From NCBI GenBank assembly GCA_031409655.1, contig JANNXQ010000107.1, positions 75,566 to 139,565 on the forward strand: 64,000 bases of DNA. The letters run 5' to 3'. A program made the position numbers and the translations under genes. Origin of the DNA: Chthoniobacteraceae bacterium (GTDB taxonomy: Bacteria > Verrucomicrobiota > Verrucomicrobiia > Chthoniobacterales > Chthoniobacteraceae). Under the pieces are notes generated by a model, which had not been told where the DNA came from, did not search any database, and saw nothing but the letters and a program-made list of their open reading frames with translations. Shown in pieces: positions 46,001 to 54,800 of this stretch (positions within the stretch are counted from its first letter, which is position 1; each line of letters starts with the position of its first letter).

Positions 46001-48781
46001 GGCGTTGTTGAGGGTGAAGTTCGTGTTGGGCGTGATGGCAGTGACGCGGCTGTTGTTCGGGATGCCATTGCCGCTGACGAACATGCCCACGAGGAGGCCC
46101 GTGGTGTTCGTGCAGGTTACGGTGGTCGTGGCGTTGGTGGTGCAGCTCAGCGGCAGCGCTGCGCCTTGCACGATGTTGCCGACGGTGAGCTTGCTGGTGT
46201 CGGAGCACGTCACTGTGGCCGTCGCATTGAGCGAGCAATTCGTCGCCGTGGCGTTCGCATAGCTCTCGCTGAGCCGCGTGGTCCAGTTCGCGCCGCCGGC
46301 GGGCGAGACTTGGAAGGCCCAGCCGTTGTTCGAGACCATGTCCGCATTCCGCACATAGAAATCAATGCCGCCCGCACTCGCGCCGCTCGCGTTGATGGGA
46401 TTCGTGATCGTCGCCATTGTGTCCGTGTAGGTTGCGTTGCCGACGGCAAACTCGAGTCCGCAACCGCTCGCGGTGAGAGTCGCGGGCACGGCGGTGACGG
46501 TGGAGTTCACGGTGAAGCTCGTGCCATTGGTGATGGCGTTCACAAGGGGATTCGGCGGATTCGTCGTGAGTCCGCCGCCTGCGATCCCCATGCCGATGGC
46601 GAGTCCCGTGGTGCTCGCGGTGTTGATCGTGGGACTCGTTCCGAGCGAGCAACCCGTGAGCGACACGCCCGCCGCCGTGAGCGACAGACCAGTGCCGGTG
46701 CCTGTCCCGATGTTGGTGGTGAAGGCCGTTGCGCTCGTGACCTGGCTGATCGTGGTGCCAGCCGCGATGCCGGAGCCGCTGAGGTTCATGCCTGGCCACA
46801 AACCGTTCGTGCTGGCGCAGGTGACGCTGGTGGTGCCGTTCGTCGAGCAGTTCGTGAGCACGACGGGCACCGTGCGGTTTCCGGTGCTGCCGCGCTGCTT
46901 CACATCCGTGGCGGCGCGATTGGCCGTGGCAGTCCAGCCGTTGATCGCGCCGGCGAGTCCGCTGGCGGTGGAGCCATTGGAGAAGACCTCGCGGAATACG
47001 GTGCCCGCGACCTGGGTGCCGGTGTTGTAGCTGAGTTGCACGCTGGAAAGCGTAGTGCCACTCCCGGGTGTGATGTTCGCGGTCACGGTCACCGCATCGG
47101 TATTTGTCGGCGTCGCGGGATTGCGTGACACCGAGTTAATGGTCGTCGGCGCGCCGACAGTGAGCACAAAGCTCGATGTCGTGATGAAGGTGCCGTCGTT
47201 CGCACTCAGGGTGATGGTGGCCGAACCATTCTGTCCTGCGGCTGGCGTGACATTGACCGTGCGGTTCGCACCCGCGCCACCAAGAACGATGTTTGCGGTG
47301 GGTACGAGTGTGGTGTTCGACGAGGCGGCGGCGACCGACACGATGTCGGTGGATAACTCCGCGTCGCCGATGGTGAAGGCGATGGGTCCGGTGGCAACGC
47401 CTTGTGGAGTGCTGCGATTCGCCACGGTGCTGACGGTGGGCGGCGTGTTGAAGTCAACAAGTTGCGTCGCGAGCGAGTTGTAGGCGGCTTGTCGCGGAGC
47501 GGTCATCGAGCCGAAGCCGCCCGCGATGAGGTTCGTGCTTTCATACGGATCGGCGTTGAGATCGTAGAATCGCTCGGGGCCGTTCTTGAGCCGCGTGAGC
47601 TTGTATTGCGTGTCGCGCAGCACACGACCACTGTCGGAGAGATTTGGGAAGGCGAAGTCCCAGTAGTCGTCGAAGACGCGGGGTCGCGTGACGCTTTGGT
47701 TTTGCAAAACGGGCAGCAAGCTCTGCGAATCAACCGCCGTGCCGCCGGGAACGGTGCTTCCGACATTGATGCCGGCGAGTTCGAGCACAGTGGAGTAAAG
47801 ATCGACCACATGCGTGAGCACCGTCGAAGTGCGGCCTGGGGACACCACATCCGGCCCGCGAATGATGAGCGGCACGCGGATGCCGCCTTCATAGAGCGAG
47901 GACTTGCCTCGATTCGCCGGGAAGGGCGATTGCAGTGTGGTCGGCGGCGTGCCGTTGTCTCCGACGAAGATGACCGTGGTTGTGCTGAGGTTCACGCCGG
48001 CGAGCAGGCGGCCAATCTCGGTGTCCAGCGCCTCGATGGCGGCGTTGTAGTGCATGAGTTCGTTCCCCGTGACGGGCAGCGAGGCCCAGTTCGCCACGGT
48101 GGTGTCGTAGCTGTGCAAGGCATCCGGCGGCTTGTGATACGGATCATGCGGGGCATTGAAGGCAACCCAGGTGAACCACGGTCTGCCAGCGGCCGTCTGG
48201 GTGCTAATGAAGGCGAGCGCGTCATTGACGTTGTCGGTCGTCGCATACGTTGTGACCGTGCTGGCAGCCGCTGTCGCGCCGTTGCCGGTGACCTTTGTCC
48301 AATTATAGAAATCCGCAACCTCCGGGCCAGTCGCTCCCGCATACGCAGGCCAGCCACCGATCAAACAAGGTGCGGTATTGGCACCGCCGAGATGCCATTT
48401 GCCAATGTGCTTGAGCTGATAGTCCAGCCCGCCGTTCGCGGCGAACGCCTCCGGCAGCGTGAACTCCGCCGCCTTTAGCGCATTGTTCGACGTCGCACCG
48501 CCAACCACGTTCGCCGTGCCGGTACGGGAACCGTAACGCCCCGTGAGCATCGCCGAACGTGCCGGCGAGCACACCGTGTAGCTGTAGGCATTGGTGAACT
48601 TGATGCCGTTCGCCGCGAGCGACGCGATGTTCGGCGTCGGCGCGAGTTGCGCCGTTGGAGACGAGTTGAAAACCACGCTCGCATCCGTGCCGAAGTCGTC
48701 GGCGATGATGAGGAGAATGTTATTCGATGCGTGGGTAGGCAGCGTGAGCGCCAAGTATAGAGCGAAGAGCGTCCTTTTCAT
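43001..48781 (-). CDS. 1926-aa secreted sulfatase + Ig/BACON/FN3-like + multicopper oxidase fusion
   Basis: Signal peptide; IIADD and CSPAR sulfatase motifs; MFDDGLHGDGAAGDGVY; HWHG, WYHPH, HSFHIH and HCHFSNH copper motifs; C-terminal domain. Confidence 0.9.
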   Translation of the reverse strand: MKRTLFALYLALTLPTHASNNILLIIADDFGTDASVVFNSSPTAQLAPTPNIASLAANGIKFTNAYSYTVCSPARSAMLTGRYGSRTGTANVVGGATSNNALKAAEFTLPEAFAANGGLDYQLKHIGKWHLGGANTAPCLIGGWPAYAGATGPEVADFYNWTKVTGNGATAAASTVTTYATTDNVNDALAFISTQTAAGRPWFTWVAFNAPHDPYHKPPDALHSYDTTVANWASLPVTGNELMHYNAAIEALDTEIGRLLAGVNLSTTTVIFVGDNGTPPTTLQSPFPANRGKSSLYEGGIRVPLIIRGPDVVSPGRTSTVLTHVVDLYSTVLELAGINVGSTVPGGTAVDSQSLLPVLQNQSVTRPRVFDDYWDFAFPNLSDSGRVLRDTQYKLTRLKNGPERFYDLNADPYESTNLIAGGFGSMTAPRQAAYNSLATQLVDFNTPPTVSTVANRSTPQGVATGPIAFTIGDAELSTDIVSVAAASSNTTLVPTANIVLGGAGANRTVNVTPAAGQNGSATITLSANDGTFITTSSFVLTVGAPTTINSVSRNPATPTNTDAVTVTANITPGSGTTLSSVQLSYNTGTQVAGTVFREVFSNGSTASGLAGAINGWTATANRAATDVKQRGSTGNRTVPVVLTNCSTNGTTSVTCASTNGLWPGMNLSGSGIAAGTTISQVTSATAFTTNIGTGTGTGLSLTAAGVSLTGCSLGTSPTINTASTTGLAIGMGIAGGGLTTNPPNPLVNAITNGTSFTVNSTVTAVPATLTASGCGLEFAVGNATYTDTMATITNPINASGASAGGIDFYVRNADMVSNNGWAFQVSPAGGANWTTRLSESYANATATNCSLNATATVTCSDTSKLTVGNIVQGAALPLSCTTNATTTVTCTNTTGLLVGMFVSGNGIPNNSRVTAITPNTNFTLNNAATNSAAITVLANYFNANITITAINPNVSFTLSTANFVSASGVTLASINHGFQSKHYDFGAGELTSTLKFRFQWSGSTATQPARNPTCDIDDISLTLTTGAAPQSVTMFDDGLHGDGAAGDGVYGATIPLQSAGANVSYTITATDSLGGTTTASGSYTVGTAAPVLAVTPATTLSAAGAAGSGTFTPSSITYTLTNNGTGTMSWIAGKTQSWLSLSSTSGSLAAGANTTVAASINAAANTLAVGGYSDTITFNNSTSGAGNTTRAVNLTVNSSTPPAMPVLAALPAYSQGASKTIAWSAVTGATSYTLQISATADFRTVLASQTVTNPTGSFANLANGVTYYYRALAMNNIGSSLYSNIVSSTQDTGAPLVAITSPASGTSTATNTITVTGTSSDAISGISKMTVNGVTASTVNGFANWNITVPLGFGTNGITAVAYDGAGNVKTTAPVLVTLTAAQTYNPLIIPEVMTGTTFDLNLHTATKQFLPGVATNTYAYNNMLFWGPTLIMDKGDWVQMNVTNNLADTTTTHWHGFHIPAIMDGGPHQTIPAGTTWRPSFKVDNNPGLYWYHPHLHEFTQQQLTRGGGGLIIIRDPEEAALSLPRTYGVDDIPLALTSRRFLTAGGNTNQFATANSAYGDYMVVNGTMNPQVTLPRQYVRLRILNAEIERSYNLGFSDGRTFYQIATDGGLVNAPIPLTRLVLAVGERAEILVDLTGATEGSTLDLQAFNSGQTVDFPGSEPTTVGQFGSQLNNTTFSILRINVGPATANPVTTRPTTLKTNAFWTGTDVTNDRALQITGGFNGATDWGFDNLPFSPSVINQTLNLDAVERWTITNNSAFSHSFHIHDIQFHMTGRTGGSNTGLKAFEAGWKDTLFIGRLQTVTFIAKFDGFASNTNPFMYHCHFSNHEDEGLMGQFLVVNNAIEDLAIASFTRTGDNSLIQLDFKATPGTTYTLQYSPNMTTGSWTDIGSVTSDGSSATFIETDPTRLGQARGFYRVTIPTIP

Positions 48782-48886
48782 GATGGTGTGGAATTCAGCT
48801 GATTCAGTTTGAGAGGGGAATGGTCTTGCCGAACAGAAGTGAGCGAAGCGGGCTCGCTTTGGCTGGCGATTCCAAGGCCCGCGCGA

Positions 48887-51800
48887 TCACTGGGTTGTGA
48901 CCTTCACGCGCGCAAATTTCTGCCCAGCGGTGCCTGCGGCGGGCAGGATGCGCACCGTGACGTCTTCGGTGATGCCATCGCCGATGGGGACGATGCTCAC
49001 GACTTCGTACGCGGCACCGGGCGATGGCCATGTTTGCAGGTCATTGGAGATCTCTACGGTGTAAAGGAGGTCGAGGGCTCCGATGCGCCGGGGATAGGTG
49101 ACCTCCAGGTAGTTCAGACCATCGGCCGCTTTTGTGACAATCCCGGCAAAAATGGGATTCGTCTCGAAGGCGTTCGGGTTCGTGTTGAAGGCATACTCGA
49201 GCAGGTTGCTGCGCCCATCCTTCTCGATGTCGCCGAGCGGGCCGTCGATGGGCGCGCTGGAGTTCGGGTCGATTCCATTCGCGGTCTTCCACGAGTCGGG
49301 CAAGCCGTCGTTCTGGGTGCTGACGGGCTTGATGACGGTGAGCGCACCTGCGCCGCTCGTGACGGAGCCGTTGGTGCTGCTGACGGTCACGCTGTAGTTC
49401 GCGGTATTGGTGCTGTTCAGGTTCGTCAGCGTGAGCGTGGCCATGAAGACGCCGTTCACAGGAGTGCCGGCATCGGTGATTTGGTAGTAGCTGTTCGCGC
49501 CGCTGATGGGCGTGTTGTTTTTCCTCCACTGCACGCTCGGGACTTTGCCGTAGCTGGTGAAGGGGGCGTAAAGCGTGATGCTGCTACCTTGTGGCAAGCT
49601 CTGCGTCTTCGGTGCCTCACCGATGTGGGGGGGATAATTCTCGGGCGTGATGTTGGTGATGGAGGTCGTGAGCGCGGTGACGATCGCCGAATAGGATGCC
49701 GCATTGGCGCCGAGCATCAGGTCCGTGGTTTCATAAGCATCATCCGTCATGTTGAAGAGCTCGTTAATGACGGGCGTGCCCCTGGTGCGGATGAGCTTGT
49801 ACATCTTGCTGCCACCGACCACCGGATCGGTGAAAATGTTGAACGCCGCGGGTTTGGCGACGGAAGTCACGAGCGTCGATGGGCGCTGCGGGCCATCCGG
49901 GTTGCCGCTGTCAATCGACTGCAGCGCAGGCCAGAGATTGAGACCGTCGAGCGGCTTGGTGTTCTGTGGCGTGACACCGGTGGCCGCGCAGAGGGTGGGG
50001 AAGATATCGCCGATCCAGACGTACTGATTACTGACGACTCCCGTAGCCAGCACGCCCGGCCAGCGGATTGCGGCTGGAGTATGGATGTTGCCGCCGTCGT
50101 AGCTGTCCTGATTCTTGGTGCCACGCAGCGGATCATTGATGGAGCCGGTGGGTTCGTTGCCGCCATTGTCACTCATGAAGACGACGATGGTGTTGTTGGC
50201 GATGCCTGCGGTATCAAGCGCGCCGAGCACCCGACCCATGGCAACGTCCATGCAGTCCACGGCTGCCGCGAGCGTGCGGCGTGCCGCATTGGTGATTCCG
50301 AGATTCTGATACTTCGTGATATAACTCTGCGACGCCGCGACGCCGGCATGGACGGCATTGAAGGCAAGATAGAGCAGCAAGGGTTTCGACGGATCACGAT
50401 TCTGAATGAGTGACACCGCCTTGTCGGCGAGCAGGTCCGTGGACTGGCCGCCATTGCCTTGCAGATCGGTCGTTTCGTCCTGCGTGATGCCGTTGAGCCA
50501 CCAATCCACGCGATTGTTGAGACCGGGATCGTTGGTGCGGTGAGTGAAATAATTGATGGCGCCTCCATACTGACCGTAGTGGACGTCCCAGCCGCGATTG
50601 TGCGGCAGGTAGGCATCGCTCTCCTGAATCACGGTGAAAGTGGAACCGTTGAGCGTGGCGGTGTTGACGTTGTTCGCCCACCCTCCGATGTGCCATTTGC
50701 CGCACATGTAGGTCTGATAGCCAGCGGCTTTGAAGGTCTGGGGCATGATGTGCTCACTGAGGTCCAGGCCGCGGTTATTGCCGGTGGCCGTCCGGATCGT
50801 ATTGCGACCGGTCAGGAGGCACGCGCGAGTGATACTGCAAACTGGGGTGGCGTAGAACTTCTCCAGCCGGATGCCTTTGGTCAGGAAGCTATCCATGTGC
50901 GGCGTCTGAATCGGCACTTCCCCGGGCGGCGTGTGATACCCGATGTCGCCCCAACCCTGATCATCGGTGAGGATAATCACGATGTTCGGTGCGGTTGCAG
51001 TGGTGACGTTCAGGGTGAAGGCCTTGGTCGCGATGCGGCCAGCGCTGTCAGTGACTTTGATGGTGACGTTGAAAGCACCTTGCGCGGCGGTCGTGCCGTT
51101 GATCACCCCAGCGCCGCTCAAGTTGAGTCCGGCGGGCAGCGCTCCAGAGACGAGGCTCCAGACATTACCGCCCGAACCGCCGGTAGCGGCGAGCGTGGTG
51201 GAATACGCGACGTTCGGGGTGGCATTTGGCAAGGTGGCATTTGTCGTGATCATCGGAGCCGGGGCGGTCGTGTAACTGCCCGCTGAAGTCAGTGTGGTGG
51301 TAGAGGTGGTGCTGTCAGTCGCGCTGATCGAGTAGCTCACCGTGGTGCCGGCGATCTGCGCGGGTAGTTGCACGCCATAGACTCCATCGCCCGCGGCGCC
51401 GTCACCGTGCAGGCCATCATCGAACATCGTGACACTCACCGGCGTCGCGCCGGTGGTGAGCGTCACGACGATGTCGTCGATGTCCACCGCTGGCGCACGC
51501 GCGGGTCCGACGGCACCGGAGTATCCGCTCATTTGGAAACGCATCCTCATGTTCGCGCTCATGTCGGCTGCGACGAGGTCGTAGCGCTTCAATTGGAAGC
51601 CGTGATTGATCGACGCGAGCGTGATGCCGCTCCCGTTGTAGAAGGCGGCGGCGTTGAGAGTGAAGAACACGTTCGGGGCGATGGCGCTGACCGTGGCGTT
51701 GCCGGGCAGGTAGTTCGCGGTAAGAGTGGAGGTCGCCGAGAGCGTCGCAGCGGCGCTGATGGTGAAGTTCACCCCAGGTGAGATCGCGGTGATGCGCGTA

Positions 51801-54800
51801 TTGTTCGGGATGCCCGCCGTGTTCGGACCGGTGATAAACATGCCGACCGCGAGGCTGCCGGTGTTGACCGTTGTCACGGTGGTGGTCGCGTTCGTCGTGC
51901 AACTGGCCACGGAGATCGGAATGCCTTGGATGGAGTTCCCGACCGTCAGCCCACTGGTATTGCTGCAAAGGACCGTCGCGGTGGCGTTGAACGTGCAATT
52001 GGTCGCCGTGCTCGCAGCGAAGTTCTCAGACATGCGCGTGTTCCAAGTCGTGCCGCCATCGGGTGAGATTTGGAAGGTCCAGCCATTGTTCGAGATCAGA
52101 TCCGCATTGCGCACCCAGAACTCCACATTGCCCGCCGTCGGCGCGGTGGCGCTGATCAAGCCGGTCGTCGCCATGGTGTCGGTATAATTCGCGGTGCCGT
52201 TGTTGAACTCGAGCCCTGTGCCGCTGGCGGTGAGCGTGACGTTCGAGGCGCCGGTCGTGACGTTGTTGTTTAAGGTGAACGTCGTGGGCGGAGTGATCGT
52301 GGCGACGACTGGATTCGGCGGATTGGTCGTTGCACCGGTGACGCCCATGCCGACGACGAGCCCATTGGTGCTCAAGCAAGTGACCGAATTACTCGCTGAC
52401 GTCGTGGTGCATCCCGTCAGCGTCACGCCCGCTGCGGTGAGGGACAAACCCGTGCCGGAACCGGTGGCGGCGCAGTTGATGACAAAAGTGGTGCTGTTGG
52501 TCACCGAACTGATCGTGGCACCGGACGGGATGTTCGTGCCGCTGATCAACATACCCGGGATGAGCCCGGTGGTAGTCGCGCAAGTGACGGTCGTGGTGCC
52601 GTTGGTGGCGCCGCTGGTCAATACGATGGGCACGGTGCGATTGCCGGTGGCTCCGCGTTGCCTCACATCCGCGGGAGCGCGGACGGCGGTCGCGGTCCAG
52701 GCATTCATCGCGCCCGCAAGTCCACTGGCGGTGGAACCATTCGAAAAGATCTCGCGGAAGACGGGGCCGGTGGACTGGGCACCCGTGCTGTAGGTGAGCT
52801 GAACGGATGAGATCGTCGCACCGCTTCCCGGTGTCACGGTCGCAGTGACGTAAGGCGTGTCGGTGTTGCTTGGCACGGCGGGGTTGGTCGTCACGTTGGT
52901 GATGGTCGGTGGCGTCGTCGCACCCGTGCCCGTGAGATTGATGTCAAAGGCCGCGCCAACGGAAGCGTCGCTGCTCGCGATGTGGATCGCCGCGGCCTTT
53001 GCGCCAGCGGTCGTTGGCGCGAATTGCACGACCATCGTCGTGTTGCCGCTTGCGGCGATACTGCTCGCTGGCGAGGTGGTAACGGTGAAGTTCGATGCGT
53101 TGCCGCCGTCGATGGTCGCGCCGGTGATGTTCAGCGCAGTCGTGGCGCTGTTATTGCGAATGACGAAGGTCTTCGAAAGCGTGCTGCCGACATTCACGCT
53201 ACCGTAGGCCACGGTGCTGCTGCCATCGGTCAAAGGCGTCCCGCTCGGTTGCTCGACGGCGATCTGCTGCACGGATGCGGGGCCGGTGTAGCGGACGATG
53301 ACCTCGTTATCGAGCACCAGGTTCGAAGACCAGATGAAGGAGGCGCCACTGGTGCTGAATTGCGCTGGGAAGTTCGTATAGGCGGGCTTGTTGTTCACGC
53401 CGACGGTCGCCTCCGTGTAAGTGCTCGCATTTGGCCAGACGGCATCATTGAAGGTCTTTGAGGCCCAGTTCGATGGGATGGCGTAGTGCAGCGCGTAGCT
53501 GTTTTGATTCAGGGTCGGCGTCTGCAAACCGGCCGCGGAGGAGTCATGCGTGCCGTTGGGTTGCTCGATGACGAGCGCGGGATCATTCAGCGGCGCGATG
53601 TAGAAGGACTGCGCTTTCCATTGGCTATTCGTCACCGTGCCATCGCTGAAGCTGGCCATGAAACCACCGTCGCCAGGGTGGTAGGGATCAGCGCCATTGA
53701 GTTCGGAGCCAACACCCAGGTTTTCTTCCCAATCGACGAGCTTCACCGCATACGTGATCGGCTTCTTGGCGCGGAACTTCACGAAGCAGGAGTTGAATGG
53801 CGTGAAAGGCACCGGATCGACGCCAACGAGCACTCCGTTGACGTAGAGTTCGAAATAGTTGTCGGCAAAAATGTAGCCCGTGATGACCTCACCATCCGCA
53901 TCGACCACCACGGTGGGTGCGTTGGCGATGGCGGTGGCGGCAGCCGCGATGCTGCCAGGCGTCACGGCGTTCACTTCATTATACAGATCGGGAGCTTTGG
54001 TCGCCGTCGTGAACTGCGTGGCCGACGGCACGGTCCACACGGTGCTGTCGGTGGCGGTAATGCTGCCGACGGAACTGATGCGCTGACCTGCAGGCAGAAG
54101 ATTGCCCGTCGTCGTGGTGGCGAGGCCCTGGGTGATGGAACGCGTGACGGCGGCCGTGCGAACCGCAAACACCGGATAGGTCGAAGCATAGGGCTCATAG
54201 CTGACGATGCCCTGCTGATTCCGCGACGGGGTGGAGGTGGTGGTCACGCCAAAGTCCACCAGCCAGGCCTGCGTGGGTGAGCCTGATTTGAGTGAGGTCG
54301 ATGACCAATACGCGGTGGGCGTCGCCGAAGGAAACAGCACACGATTGATGCACGGGTTTGCCGTCGCCCCCGATGCCGTCGCGCGTGGGATGTCTTGCAG
54401 CGATTGCAGTTCCTTCACGTTTGGCAGACGCCAGTCACTGAAGCCTGCGGTGGTGAGGCCTTCGGCATAGCTCAGCGCGCTGGACCAGCTTTGCGCCGAA
54501 GATGGCACCTGCGTCCACATGAGGCTGGTGTCGAGGTCGGTGATGGTGCCGTCGTTGTTATTGAGGTAGTGATGGCCCGTCGTTGGCTTTTGCCCTCGCA
54601 CATAACGAGCATGATGACGGGCCGTGCCTCCTGCGCTGATCGTCGCAGTCTTGTTATGCGGCCCTAGACCCCCGCCACTATTCGCGCACCAGACCTTGGT
54701 GTTGTCGCCATAGAAGAGATCGCTGGACCAGAAGTAGCCGGGAGTGCCGCTGGCGTTGTTGACGAAGTAAGTGCTATTCAGCGAGGGATTGCGCTCGTGA

